Source: Peribolospora baueri
Taxonomy: Eukaryota
Assembly: GCA_029717555.1 (NCBI GenBank)
Contig: JAMDHS010000053.1
Location: 62,001 to 126,000, forward strand
Length of the DNA stretch: 64,000 bases
Direction of reading: 5' to 3'
A program made the position numbers and the translations under genes. How positions within the stretch are numbered: the first letter of the stretch is position 1; every line of letters begins with the position of its first letter. The notes under the pieces were generated by a model that saw only the letters and a list, made by a program, of their open reading frames with translations, was not told the DNA's origin and ran no database searches. Below, one piece after another: positions 35,230 through 49,048 of this stretch.

Positions 35230-36805
35230 ATGTTCCGCTCCGGAGTCTTCGCTCACCTCAACGGCGTCAACGCCTTCCCCATCCACGCCGTCGCCGAGAA
35301 GGGCGAGCAGGTCAAGGACACCGTCGTCGACGCCGCCAAGGCCGTCAAGGCCGAGGTCACCGAGAAGCAGCCCCAGGGCATTGACCTCTACGCCAGGTTC
35401 GCTCTCGCCGGTGCCATCGGCGTGAGTAGACGCGCCGCGCCGCGCCAGAAGACCATCTTCTCGCATTCGCCACGATCCCGTCGACTCGCCACTGACGACG
35501 AGCGACAAAGTCGGTCATTGGCCTGGATGCGAACCCGTGCTCGTGCGCTGACATCCATCCTCTCTTTCCATCCCTCCGTTTCGTCTAGTGCGCCGTCACC
35601 CACGGCGCTCTCACCCCCGTCGACGTCGTCAAGACGCGCATCCAGCTCGAGCCGGAGGTGTACAACAAGGGCATGATCGGCGGTTTCCGCCAGGTGGTCC
35701 AGAACGAGGGCGCTGGCGCCCTCCTCACCGGTCTTGGTCCCACCGCCGCCGGTTACTTCCTCCAGGGCGCGCTCAAGTTCGGCGGTTACGAGTTCTGGAA
35801 GAAGACCTTCATCGACATCGTCGGCGTCGAGAAGGCGCGTGAGAACCGCGGCGCGATCTACCTCGTCTCTTCCGGTATCGCCGAGTTCTTCGCCGACATC
35901 GCCCTCTGCCCGCTCGAGGCTACCCGTATCCGTCTCGTCTCTCAGCCCTCTTTCGCCAACGGTCTCCTTGGCGGTTTCGCTCGCATCGCTCGCGAGGAGG
36001 GTCTCATGGGCTTCTACTCCGGGTGAGTTTTGTTGGCCAGAACCTCACAGTTTTCTCGCCTCTAGGTACGAGCGATCTCGAGCTTACCACCCGCCGTTTC
36101 TCTCTCTTGTTCAGCTTCGGTCCCATCCTCTTCAAGCAGGTCCCCTACACGTGCGCCAAGTTCGCCGTTTTCGAGATTGTCTTCGAGAAGCTCGTCGCGG
36201 CCACGGGCAAGCCCAAGGACCAGCTCTCTCCCGGAACCATCACCACGCTCAACCTCGGTGGTGGTGTCATCGCCGGTTTCGCCGCCGCTTTCATCTCCCA
36301 ACCCGCTGACACGCTCCTCTCCAAGATCAACAAGGAGAAGGCCCTTCCTGGCGAGTCCCTCACCGGCAGGCTCATCAAGATCAGCAAGAACCTTGGCCTT
36401 AAGGGTGAGTATGGGGAACCTCTTGATCGAGAGCGCATGATCAGGAGCACGTAGCTGAGGTCCTTCGTTCTCTTCTTTCTTTCAGGTCTCTTCTCCGGTA
36501 TGGGTGCCAGGTTCGTCATGATCGGTACCCTTACCGCCGGTCAGGTGAGTCTTTCCAAACAAGCGAACGGAATGGGCGAGCTCCATCCATTCTGATGCTG
36601 AACGGCTACTTACTCGACATCGGTCCTTTCGACGTGTTTCTCTAGTTCGCTATCTACGGTGACATCAAGCGCGCCCTCGGTGCCACCCAGGGTATCGACA
36701 TTGTGAGTGTTGATTGTCTTGCGACCGCTTTCGTGCATGAGCATGCCGCTTGTCCATTACCACTAACGTCGCTGCTTTTCCTTATACGTCCACCAGGCGA
36801 AGTAA
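35230..36805 (+). CDS. MIR1: Mitochondrial phosphate carrier
   Basis: [60 protein letters not shown] and [13 protein letters not shown]. The terminal exon is 9 nt (GCG AAG TAA). Confidence 0.96.
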
Positions 36806-37750
36806 AAAGGGACACCAGATCGCTTGGATCTCGATCGACAGACAGAGACCTAACCTACCTGCATACATAGACCTGTCCCCTTTTTTGTTTTTCTTCCCCA
36901 CTTGTTCTCTTTTTCATCTCTTTCCGCCGGTTCTGCAATACAATCTCGCCTTCATACCTGGAAGGATGGGAGCGGTTGGAGGCTGATGTGTCGCGTCTTT
37001 GCGTGTCTGTCTGTCTGTCGTGCGAAACTTCCCGGTGGTCGTTGGTTGGTCTGGTCGACGCTACGTGAGCAGTGGGAGTGCAGAAGGATGCGGTAAAGCT
37101 CCGTGATGCCCTCCTGTCGCCCTCACCTTTCTACCCTCCCTTCCTCCGTGTTCGCCAAGTGGACGCCAGATCTGGAATAGCATGTTGTCAGAGATGCCGC
37201 ACCTTTGGGTCTTCCCACGTCTCTCTTTTAAGCTAGATTCCTTCCTCTGGTCAGGCTTGCTTGCACACGTCGACATCGTTTGCATCCACGACGATTGTAC
37301 ACACAGGACATGCATGTACCGTGTTGAAATGTCGTCTGGGAAGAATGAATGGCGGTCCGTCGTCGGTCAGCCCGCGCGCCGCTAATCCACTTCTCGCCTT
37401 CGTTCCGACCCCATCTTTTGTTCGTCTCGCCTCCGTTCCTTCGTGAACGCTGGTTCCGAACAAAGACTAAAGATTAGACGCGATTAATACAAGTAGCTCG
37501 CTCGCTCGCTCTATCGCGATGTGTGGCACGTCACGCCGGAGACGAGTAGACCTTCGTGGTCTGCCTACTTTTTCTTTTTCTTCCTAGGCGCTTTGCTTAG
37601 CTTACGAATCGGGTTACAAGTGACAAGGGGTCCCTGAGACGTGACGCGTGTTAAAATGACTCGGAAGGCAAGAGGGAGCGGGCGGAGCTCGCTCGCAAAA
37701 GGGCGCAACGAGACGAACGGGCGGAGCGCTCGACCGAATCCCAAGTTGTT

Positions 37751-39307
37751 TCACGCTGAGGGGATCTCCCACCGACCGATTAGGGCACTGCGGTTGACCG
37801 TAGAAGGACACGATAGAAACCAACCAGAGATCAGCCGCTCTGGCTCTTATCGAAGCGCAAAATCGATCGATGTAGGACGGATACGCACTCGAAAATCGCA
37901 GCGATCGTCCACTTGCGGTTCTCCGCCTCGGGGAAGACGAGCGAACGTTTTTCGTTGTAGAACGTCTGAGGTCGAGGAGAAGGATGAGGGAGGGGTGCAT
38001 AAATGAGGACAGAGGGTTTCGTCGGTCGATCTTCTTGAACCCTATGGTTAGACTCACCGCATCGTCCACCTCTTCGGCCTTGCGAGGCAAGCAGTGCATG
38101 AACTTCCAGTCTGGCTTCGCGCCGCCCTCGCGGCACAATTCTTCTGTCACCTGGAAGCCGGCAAAATCACGCAGGCGCTGCGCCTTTTGCGCTTCATCGC
38201 CCATGGACACCCTGCGAGCAGACAGGGAAGAGGTAGGTGGAAGCAAAGGAATGGACGAGGATGAGGGGATACAAGCGGACGAGGACCATGTTCGTTGTTC
38301 AGTCGGGACGAGACTCACCAGGTGTCCGTCACGACCACGTCCGCGTCCTTGACAGCCTCTCGCGGGTCGTTGGACCACTCCACTTGACCGGCTCCGCTGC
38401 CGCCCTCCATCCGGAGACCCTCCTCCATGCGCTGCCACACGATCTCGTCACGAGAGTAGCCCTTGGGCGTGGCGACGGAGAGGTCAATGCCAAGGCGAGG
38501 ATAGGCGACGAGCATGTCGTTGAGAATATTGTTACTGTCCCCCACCCAAGCCACTCTAAGGTTCGCGAGCGAGGACAGCGAGAATGGCGAAGAGGGGGCA
38601 GCGACGGACGAGGGAGCGTCGTACAACGGCCCGGTGCTATCGCCTGCGCGCTGCTGACTAGACCTGCCGAACGTCTCGACGAGAGTGAGCAGGTCGGCCA
38701 AGATCTGGGTCGGGTGGTACCTGTCGCTCAGCGCGTTCACGACGGGGACGCCAGCCTCACAAGCGAGCGTCTCCACCTCCGCGTGCTTGTTCACGCGCGC
38801 CATGATGCCGTCGACCATGCTCCCGATGACTCGCGCAGAGTCGTACAAGCTCTCGTTCACGCCTAGCTGAATGTCTTCCTTTCCGAGGAACATGGGCGTA
38901 CCGCCGAGAAGGGCGATGCTCGTCTCCGAAGCGACGCGCGTGCGGGTGGAGCGCTTGGTGAAGATCATAGCTACGGACTTGCTCGTCAGCGTTTGCTCGA
39001 GCAAGCGGTCCCCGCCATGCTTGGGCTGCACGCGAGACGAGGCGGGCAAGGCAAGGGAGGCGGACTTGACCTTTTGCTTCATCTCGCCTGCGCGAGTGAT
39101 GAGGGTTTGAATCTGGGGCACCGTGAGGTCGGCGAGCGTGAGCAAGGACGGGGGTTTCCGGTCTGCCGTAGCGGGGCGGGAAGAAGAGAAGAAGCGCTCC
39201 GTTGCGGCCGCAGAAAGCAAGAGAAGGGCTGGCGAGCTGGCCGTCGTTGGCGACCCGGAGCGGGCCATGGCCCGAAGCGCGGAGCGGGACGCGGGGCAGA
39301 GGAGCAT
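37751..39307 (-). CDS. ARG3: Ornithine carbamoyltransferase, mitochondrial
   Basis: [35 protein letters not shown] and EAENRKW motifs, with an Arg/Ser/Ala-rich presequence. Confidence 0.96.
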
Positions 39308-39601
39308 GATGATCCGAACGGAGGGGAGGATGAAGGTGGTGAAGACAGAAAGAAGAGGTTGAAGAGGTCGCAATATGACTTGGCAACGATTGCGAAACTG
39401 ATCTCGATCACGCTGCGGCGACTCTCCGCGAGCTCTACCTTCGAGGACGAGATGGAATGGACACGGCGGACCAAACGAGGACGGACGGTTACCGCAACGA
39501 CTCGTCGGTGAGACAGGCAGCAGCAGACAGGAAAACAGACAGGCAGTAAACAGGCGGAAAGGTGCGTAGAGCGCACAGAGAAGCGTCGCCTACGGCCAGC
39601 C

Positions 39602-40310
39602 ATGGCGCGAAAGAAGAAAGCGCCTCCGTCCGAGTACACCTACATCAAGCTTCGGATGTGAGTCGGTGGGTCGTCGACCTCTGCCTTTCTTTCGTAGCGC
39701 CCTTCTCACGACGACTCTGACCTATCTTGCCCCGCTCACGATAAACCCGCAGAGCACCCTCTATCTCCACCTCCACCGCCCGCCCGTCCGTCATCTACCC
39801 AAACCCGCTCTCACTCCGCTCCCTTCTCGAGCGCGCGCTGCATGATGTGTACGGCGTCGTCGGAGGGGCGATCAACGTGGAGGTGCTCTGGCTTCAGGAA
39901 GAAGAGGATGAAGAAAGGGAAGCGGGTGGGAAGAGAGGGAAGGAGGCTGTGGTTTGTGTCGCATCCGGGTGAGCACCGCGGCACGGTAGTTTTGTCTTCC
40001 TTCTCTCCTTCCTGCCCATCAGCCGTGCTTAGCACGTGCACTCCGACGACTCCATCCTCGCTCACGAAACGCCCGCCCATCAAATGTCCTTATCAACCCC
40101 TCCCCTCTTTCCGCTCTTCTCGTACGCAACAGCTATGCAGACCGACTCCTCTCCTCCATAGCAGCCGCCTCTCTCTCCCTCGTCCGGCACGAAGACCACT
40201 CCTTCCGGCTGGAGATCGTGGACGTCTCCTCAGTCCTTCAGCACGTCTTACCCGCTCAGCAGCCTTCCAATGGAGCGCAAGGTGGCGGCGGTGGCGGCGG
40301 CACTGAGTGA
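39602..40310 (+). CDS. RNase P/MRP subunit, Pop8/Rpp14/Pop5-fold, 3 exons
   Basis: Spliced product MARKKKAPPSEYTYIKLRI...LSLRSLLERALHDVYGVVGGAINVEVL...EAVVCVASGYADRLLSSIAAASL...FRLEIVDVSSVLQHV. Both introns have canonical GTGAG donors and CAG acceptors. Confidence 0.68.
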
Positions 40311-40886
40311 ATCGTGACGGACACATTTACCAGATGGACAGCCACGGCGGCCCCGGTCGGTCAATTGGCGAGGACAGGACCGAGTGGCCAGTTCTCCTCA
40401 CCTCCAGCCCACTCCTTGTCTCAACTCGAACGCTGGCGCGTATAATTGCTCTCTGTACACACAGGACTATGAACATTCCCGGTGCCTTCGCTTCCCTCCT
40501 TCGGAAGTGAAGCTCGTCGGACGGACCAACGATCGGAGACGTCTTGGAGACGTGGCGACAGTATAGGATTCCCGGGAATAAGGGCGGCAGAGGACTCGCC
40601 CGTAAGCGAGTGGGATACGCGACGAGTGGCCACGAGAGAGGGGTGAGCAAATAGAGGGAGCAAGGAAGGAACGGACAAGCAGATGGGCGAGCGGGCAAGC
40701 AAACAGGCAGGTAAAGGGCCGGCAAAGGGGCCGGGACGAAGAAGAACGAATACGGTCGCCAAAGTGTATATAACCACGATCAGGCGCGGGTCCAGGTATA
40801 TGGGGCCGGCCTACCGGCCGTCAGACAGGGTGACGTACGATGGTAAGTCCCCCGTCCTACAAAGGCGGCGGAGACGGGCGACGAAT

Positions 40887-43733
40887 TTAGCGGTCCCGTG
40901 TCGTCTATGCGAAGCAAGTGAAGATGAAGGACCAGTCGGAGAGACGCAAATGAGTGGTCAATTCATCGACTCGATAGGAGCGAGCAAACACATTGGGCCA
41001 GAGGCGCTTGAGCTTCTCACCTCGATGGTATCCTTGATTCCGGGGCTGAAAAAAAAAAGGAAAGACCGGACGTCGATCCAGGCGATGAGTCCGCACACGT
41101 CAGTCATGAAGCGACGAACCCAGACGCAGATGACCAAAGATAAATACTAGGAGTGAATGATGTCAGGCGCTCACAATACGGTTTTATGGCAGTCGACGCC
41201 CCAGATCATGTCCATATGCTGTGGTGGGGTTCACTCGAAACCAATGTCAACGACGGTGGGAACCGCGCAGGGTTGAGCAAGAGACTTGATACATACCTCA
41301 TAGCCTTCCAGTTCCACGGCGTGCACCATGCTGTGTTGCCCGGAATGATACAGAGGCGGAACGGTGAGCGAAGAGGACATATGAAAGAGAACAACACAGC
41401 CAACGGTGGTGCGCCACTCACCGGACGTTCGTCTCCCTCCGCTCGATGCGCTGGACGAGCGGCTTGCCGAGGACGAGATCTGTCGGCGAGGACACGAAGG
41501 CTATGGGTTAGGGAGACCTCATGGGAGCCGGAAGGTAGAGATCGATGCGTGTCACTCCTGCATTGGCATCGTACGCACAGTCCGTGGAGCCGTAGTAAAC
41601 GCTCAGAGGCGGGAAGCTGGAGGGGAACCATGGCTCATTGATGCGGGGATCTGCACGAGCGAGAGTCGATGTGGGGGGCGGGGGGGGAGATAAAGAGCGC
41701 TGGTCAGGTTCCGAACGGAGTCGTACCGACGACCTTGAAACCACACGCGACGGGACGAAGGATCCGGGATAACCCACCGAAAATGCAACCTCGGTGGGAG
41801 AAGCCGGACATGTACCAGTAGAGAAGCTCGCTCGAGGTGGCCATGGGCAACGTGCGGAAGAACTTTGGTTTCTGACGTGAGGTAAAGTTGGCGTCGTGGA
41901 AGCCGAAACTGTGCGGAGAGTGGGAGGGAAGGGAATGCCTGAACGTCAATCGTGCCTCCCAGGAAAAGGGTTCTTTCGAAGCAGGGAGGAAGAGCAAAGC
42001 GTTGAGGCGCAACTCACAGGAACGCAAAAGTGACGTAGCCAATATGACCGAAGAGGAAGGCGGGCAGCATCTTCTGTGCCAGCGTGATCCAAGGCATGAA
42101 GGAGCGTACTGCATATGACCAAAACGGAGAAGACACGTCGACGATCACGGCACGGTCGTCAGCGCCGGCGACCAAAGTTATCTCTGAAAGGCAGTGCGCC
42201 GAACCAAAGTGAGGATGAATGGACTGACCTCCGAAAGCAGACGCCCACCACCTGCGACCGCGGAGCTGACGCATGACCGAGAAAGGGAACTTGCGCAGCA
42301 CGGGGCCAGCGTACACGGCCGGACCGAGAGCGACGAAACAAGAGAGCTTGCGACCGAGGTGAGGGATCATGCCTTTGGAGAGGGCGAGGAACACTATTGG
42401 ACGAGCCGAGAATGGAAAGGGATCGAAGGATTGTAAGACGTCCAGTCATTCTACAAAAGCCCTGTGACAGAAGAGGTTGAGAGAACTCACTGCTACCGCA
42501 ACCCTGACTGTGGCCGACATAGGCGAGCTTGGGCTGGGAAGTCTGATTGAGGACATAGTTGACGACGTGCTCAAGATCCAACGCAATCTCCTTGAGACCC
42601 CATGCCCAGAATCGGGGGTCATTCCTGGAGAAGGTCTTGTGTCCGGCACCGAAGTTGGCTCGGATATTGGAGAGCCAGACGTCGTAGCCTTGATCGACGA
42701 GCCAGAAGGCGAGCGAACGCTCTTCGTTGACAACCCAGTTGGCCGAGTTGCACAGGATGCCGTGCTGGATGAGCACCGGGTAGCCCTGCGGCTTGTCCGG
42801 GCGGCGCTTGCGGTCGGTGATGTGGTGAAGCTTGAGGATCCAGCCGTCCGGCGTGACCACGTCATGCGTCTCGCACTCGTAGCCCCAGAATTCGGCGTAG
42901 TACTCCACCCTACCGGAGTATCTCTCTCCCGTGATGCGATGCTCCCACTCCCGCTCGATGCTCGCCCGCTTCGGGCTCTTCTTGAACGGGTTGAGGTAAC
43001 GCGCGTAGGCAGCGATGATGATCGTGTTGAGGGCGATGAGACCGAAGATGTGTGAGAAGAGCTGACGGATCTCGACGCGGATGCGATTGAAGAAGCCAAA
43101 GTGACCGTAATTCTTCACTTCGTGCGGGAACCAGACGCCTTCGAGAGGGCCTTCTTCCTCGACGCCTTCGAAGGTGGGGTCGAAGTAAGGCTCGTTGCCG
43201 TTGCCTCCGCTGTGAGCCGAGCCGGGACGCCAGGGATGGCGCGTTGTGAGCACAAGCCAAGGAAAGAAATGCAAACAAACAAAAGCCTCTAACGGAACTC
43301 ACTCTTGCGGCGCCACATGGTCCTGGCCGACCGTTGGGACGTACTCCACACCCTCCTCGTCCTTGCCCGCCGCAGCTGGGCCAGCGACGTCCTCGAGCGG
43401 ATGCTGGGGCTCGTACGCGCCAGAGTGCACGGGGGCTCTCCCTCTGGGCTGATTGCTGTATTCGATGTAGCCATCTTCTGCAGCCGGTCCGCTGCCGGCG
43501 TTGGCGGTGCGCTGGGCCAGCGACTTGGGGCCGGCGGTGACGGTGGCACGAGGGGCAGCGGCAGCGGCCGGGTCATGGTCAACAAAAGGATCGGCGTCAG
43601 CGCTGACGGCGGTGAGCTGAGGTTCAACCTTTTGATGGCGAGGGCTCTTCTTGGGTTCGCCGTGGCTGTAGTCAATGTATCCCTGGGAGTCTGCGCCGAC
43701 GCCGGAGCTGGACAGATCCTTGGAGCTGGCCAT
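40887..43733 (-). CDS. Sterol esterase/acid lipase (Yeh1/Tgl1-like alpha/beta hydrolase), multi-exon
   Basis: VVTPDGWILKLHHI, PVLIQHGIL, GYDVWLSNIR, nucleophile motif GHSQG, GSTDYLV (Asp) and YEHMDMIW (His), plus an N-terminal transmembrane segment. Confidence 0.9.
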
Positions 43734-44431
43734 GGGGTTGGAGTGGTTGAGAAGGAGAGTTGTGTTAAAGGGAGTGTGGTGTCAACGGGGCATGTGTGGA
43801 ACGGGGAGGGGGAAGAGGGGGATAGTGAGGGAGAGGGGGATGGTGAGGGAGAGGGGGATGAGGAGGACGATGAGGATGATTGACGAGCACGTCGGAGAGT
43901 GCGGGGGTGAAAGAGGTGGAGAAAGCGGACGCATTGCTGCGGCGTCGGTCGTCCACCTGGCCCACGAAGAACCTTCTCAGCATCAAACAGAAATCACGCG
44001 CGATTGGAGACAGCTTGCGAAGCAGAGTGTCGACAGATAGATAGGTCCGGTTGACGTATCACCGGTCGCATCTCGGCTCAAAGCCAGACGACCCGCCTTC
44101 CATGCACATTGCATCCGTCCATCTCTATCGCCTCGCATCGTGCTGCCCTCGGCACGCTCCTTTTCGGTCACGTCAAGGTGGAAACAAGGTATTCTTCCAC
44201 TAGGGGTCTCCGTCCGAACATGAGATAGAAACGCCGGCTACGGAGAAACGGGCGAGGCGGAGCGGAACGGCCATCCCCCGGCGACGACCCTTCGTCCGTT
44301 CCAGCGGCAGGATCGGACACGGGGCATGTAAAAATAGCAAGAAGAGCAGAACCAAAGCAAGTGGGCGAAGGATATTGAAGCCGAAGTGAAGCGCAAGTGT
44401 CCTTCCTCGTTTTCCATCCGGTTGAAGCCGT

Positions 44432-47400
44432 TCAGGTATAGATATCGAGTGTCACCGCGTTGACCGCGGCGCCTTTCGAGCCGGAGAGCAGCTCTTCCTT
44501 CGAGAGGAATTGGAGGGGCATGTTGACGAGGTGACCTGTCGAGTCAACGCGGGCGGGGCACGAGCCATCGCAATCAGCCGGAGCGGCTCGCAGGACGAAC
44601 GACCGGATCGACCAGACAGGCAGGGCGGACGACTCACCCTTGATGCGCGCAAGCTGCTCGTGCACGTAGTCGAGTGGCAGGTCGGTCTTTTGGACGTGAC
44701 CCGTCTGGACCGGTTTCTTCGGGTAGTAGTCCTTGTACTCGTCCCAGGACTGGACTGTCGAGTCCCGGACGTGATATTAAAGTCAGACCGGTGAGGGGAA
44801 CGTTGCTGTCGACGCAAGGAAACATCATCACATGTTCGGCTCCGGAGCTCGACTCACCCCTGTCCGACGGCACGCAATGGAACACATTCTCGAACGCGTC
44901 CGTATTCGTCGTCGCTGTCTCCTTCCAGAGCCTCTCCAAATCATCGCTGAGCGGGTCAGCGACGAGGTCATCGTTTTCCGTTCCTAACTCTTCCACGTTC
45001 GGCTGTGGAGCGGGCGTCATGTTGGGCGTTGGGTAAGACTTGGCGTCTTCGTAGGTGCAGGACTGAGGAGGGGCGAGGCCAAGGTGTTGCTTGTAGAGGG
45101 CGCGGCGGAAGGTGGTTGCTAGCTTACTTGCCATGTAGGTCTCGCCGTTCTGCGTCATGGTAAGAAGGGATATCGTCAACGGACGAACGGGTTGAATGAA
45201 TAGCCGAGTAGCAGTGGCCATCGTCGAGCGGAAGGGGCACTCACCATCTTGGACACGATCATTTCTTGGTCCTCCACGACAAGAACGATTTCCCTGAACG
45301 GCGCGAAAGGACGAGTTCGGAACAGTGAGTGCGCGAGCCACCAAAAGGGGGAACAAGACGCACACAGATGCAGACGAGCCAACGGGAAGACTCACGAATC
45401 GCGATCGCCGTTCTGCGAGCGATCGTTGAGGTTGGCACTTCCGCAGACGATGCGGCGGTCGTCGACGATCATGAGCTAATTCATCAGCCGACGTGATCAC
45501 AAATGCCGACCAAAACGACCGCCGCAATGTGAGCCAACCAAGTGTTGCAAGCTTCGTCGGCTTCTACCCCGTTCCTCCCCGGCTCCACGCTCACCTTCGA
45601 ATGAATGTAGAGTTCCTCAGACACGTAATTCCCCAGCAAGTCCTTCTCACTGCCCAGCCACGTCTCCTGACCGGCCCTAGGCCCGTCGAGCATGGCGTCC
45701 CTGGCAATAGAGTCAGGCACCTGGTCGTCCCTCCGGGGGGCTGCGCGCTGGAAGCGATCGATGATATCGCGCGCCTCCTCCTCCGTGTCCGGCATGTGCA
45801 CTTCCTCATACCCCTTCTTCTTCTTCTCCGGGTCATCCGGGCTGTAGTCCTGTGCGTTGGGGTCGAAGATCTTGACCGTTTTCTGGGACTCGTACGAGTA
45901 GTCTCCGAGCCAGAGGCGTGCCTGGGCGACTGATCGGTGTGAACACAGGAGGAGTAGGAGGAGTGTGAGAGGGCTCTAGGGAAAGGCAGGGCTGGCCCGA
46001 TGAGACGAGGCACCGAGGAGCGACTCACTTTGAGCCTGGTGGAAGCTGATTCCGGAATCCGCCTCCATCTGCTTGACCATGGCCTGTAGGAGGACGTGCA
46101 AAGGCAAAGGACCGAAATGAGAATTCTACTCCGGATTCGATCGCGGTCGAGTCAAAACTCGCTCACAGAGTCGTAGTTGATGCGGTCGTAGCTGCGCAGG
46201 TTGTAGAAGCTGATGTATTCATGAGGATCCACGCCAGCCTATAGGATAGGCGATGGGCGGAGCGGGGCCGCAATGATAGGTAAATCACTTCGATTGCTCC
46301 TCTGGTTTCGACATCCAGACCAGGCCGACGAATGCCACGTGATTGAATGCTCACCTTCTGAACTTCTTCAAAGATGGAATAGCCGCCACGGCAGATGGAG
46401 TTGTACTGCGAGGGAAGGCGATGAGGACGAATTGAGCGTCACGAGCCCTTCTATCGATATATCTAGTCTGGACGCTGCGACAGACCCTCTAGCAGGGACG
46501 CTCACCTGGTATGCCATGATGGCACGAATGCCTGCCGCGTCGGTGAGCTCGCCGCTGACACGCGGTCGTCGTCGTCCAACCGGAGGAGTATGCCAAGTCA
46601 GCGTTCTGAAGCCAACCCACGACAGAATCCGCGATAGCGAGACAGACATGGACCACGGCGCCCGGACCGGACTCACGCGAAACAAGGAATGCAAGGGATA
46701 ACGACGACAACCTTGAACTTGCGCCCGTCCTTAGCAGCCTGGACGATGCGCTCGACGAGGGCGGCGCCGATCTGGTTCTTGACGGTGTGCCCCTTGCTCG
46801 TGTTGGTGATGAAGAACTGATTCTCGATGAAGATGAAATGATTGGCTTCCCTAATGAGCTGTACGTACGCGTTTTGGATGCTGTGCTCGGTCAAGATGCC
46901 CATGCTCCAATCGGCGCTCGAGCGGCACACTTGCACGGTCATGTTCCCGAACGGCTTCGGGCCGTGGGGGAGGAGATAGTCGCGCTGAGGGTGGAAGGGG
47001 TGCTTGAACCGCCTACCGATGCGGTGCCACGCGTCGGTGTGCGGGTGTCGGGCAACCGCGTCGTGCTCCTCGGCGTCGACGGGCGGAGGCTGAGGGAAAG
47101 CGAGCCAGTCGTACCGCGTGTCGTTCTTGTATTTGAGCGTCTTGACGAAGTTCCATCGCTCGATGAAGTGCATCGACACGTCGAGCACGGAGGGGCCGAC
47201 CATGGTCAGGTGGACATCGTGCCACGGCATGCGGCCGCTGATGAGCCGGCTCTGCTCGTTGCTCGCCCATTTGTCGACGTGCTGGAAGTCCTGGATGCGG
47301 GCGTTGTTGAAGTCTTGGCCGGGGAAGAGGGTGGCGTTGAAATCGGTGGGGTGAGCGTCGGCCATGGGGTGAGAGTGAGTGTCCCAGCGGCCAAAACAGA

Positions 47401-48166
47401 TGTCGAGGCCGCCGATGCAGGCGTACGTGTTGTCGACCGACACGAGCTTCTCGTGGTGGCTCCAGTAAAGCGTGATCTCTCCGCCAAGGTGGTCAGGGTG
47501 CCTCATGACGGCGATGTTAGGGTGGAGGTCCTCTAGGTAGTGCTTGGTGTGGGAGGAGGACATGGTCATCGTCTGGGTGATCTCCTTGTAGACCACGATG
47601 AAGATCTTGACGCCCTGTTCGGCCTTTCGCAGCAGGAGCCGATCGAGACGCCAGTCCTCGTACATGGACGAGGGGCGGCGGAGGTAGAGCTCGGGAGTGA
47701 GCCACCAGTCAAGGATGAAGATGGACTCTTTGGCGCTGTCGAGGATCTCGGAGAGGGCCCAGAAGTAGTCGTGGCCGTCGACGTGCCACTTGACGTGGTT
47801 GTGCTCCCTGACGTTGGCGAAGCTCTTGAACCTGTGGTTCTCGCAGATGGCCGTGCGGACGGCGTCCATTTCTTTCTCCGCCGGGGAATTGTGGCGGTCT
47901 TTAGCAGGAAGGCACGGAGGGCAAAACGGGGTTCCGGTGCGAGAGAGGAAAAGAAGAAGAACGAGAAGAAGAGACGGTCAGCTGAGGTGCACGGGTGGGA
48001 CGAGAAGCTGAGCTCGGGAAGACGTTCCCGACACCTGCGAAAATGAGGACGAGGGCAACGGCAACGCACGGTTGGGGTTGATGGCGGTGGTGATGCTGAC
48101 ACCGAGCCTGTCCATCTTCGTCTCGAGGCTCTCGGCCGTGTGTTTGATCGAGTCGAAGACGCCCAT
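44432..48166 (-). CDS. Phospholipase D (two HKD motifs, no evident PX/PH domain)
   Basis: DWWLTPELYLRRP, WSHHEKLVSVD, RMPWHDV, IENQFF and YIHSK-LMIVDDR...GSANLNDRS. Confidence 0.95.
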
Positions 48167-48573
48167 CGTGATGGCGGTGCTGCACCAGAGGCGTCGAGAA
48201 ACGGAGGGGGAGGAGGGAGAGCTGGTAAAGTGGGGTGGTATCAAGAGGGCGATGCTACGAGAATATAAGGAGGGCGGGAGGGGGAGACGGGGTGGTGGTG
48301 GTGGTCCGGAGGAGGAGAAGCGGAGGTGGAGAGTGTTATATGCGTGTGGTGTGTGCTTGGCAGACGGTCGCGGGGAGGGCGCATATATTCAACGGTTCAC
48401 TCGCGCGTGCACAGACAGGCCTAATTCAGTACATACACCTTCGCCTGGCTATGGACAACGGGACGGCAGCGTGTTCATTCGAGCCCGATGAGGCCACAGA
48501 TACGCAACGCAACGCAACGTACTAGATTGCATCGCAATGTTACCCGCTCGACTGAGTGACCAACGAACGGATC

Positions 48574-49048
48574 ATCTTGCGGGAAACCAGCAACGTGCGT
48601 CGACGGACGCCGCCACCGCGATCATGCGCAGCTCGACGGCGACGGCGTGGGGGAATCGTATGGTTGCCAACGGCCGCCGAAGAATTCTTAACACCTTTCT
48701 AAGATCTCCGTAATTCTCTTAACTTTGAAATGGTACATCTTGAAAAGAGACGAGAGACATTCGTACATCTTGCGACGGATCCCCGTCAAGCAATGTGAAT
48801 CTTGCTTGCCGCGGTCCTGTATATCTTGCTACGGTAAGGGTCAGGGTTAGTCAGCCCCGCTTGATCGGTGTTGTCTTTCTTCCTCGGGAGTCAGTCTCCT
48901 ACTTGCTCGCCTTGCTTTTTCCGTTCTTTTTTTGACGGGATGGATGGTCTAGGTGGCAAGATTACCTAAATGCTTTAGCAAGGTATTGTCTGAAGGTTTG
49001 CAGGAAAGCCATTCGGACAGGCAAGATGAATATTCGACAACTCAAGAT
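48574..49048. repeat. Array of ATCTTG/CAAGAT hexamers in an AT-richer intergenic segment
   Basis: ATCTTG at 48574, 48737, 48767, 48799, 48823 and CAAGAT at 48957, 49022, 49043. Confidence 0.7.

Noticed and set aside
36806..37750. About 950-nt gap between convergent MIR1 and ARG3
   Set aside because: No spliceable ORF, tRNA or snoRNA motif found; consistent with two 3' UTRs.
48835..48850. Telomere-like TAAGGGTCAGGGTTAG; minus strand CTAACCCTGA resembles a telomerase RNA template
   Set aside because: Only about 2.5 degenerate units, not an exact TTAGGG template, and no pseudoknot or other telomerase RNA elements could be supported.
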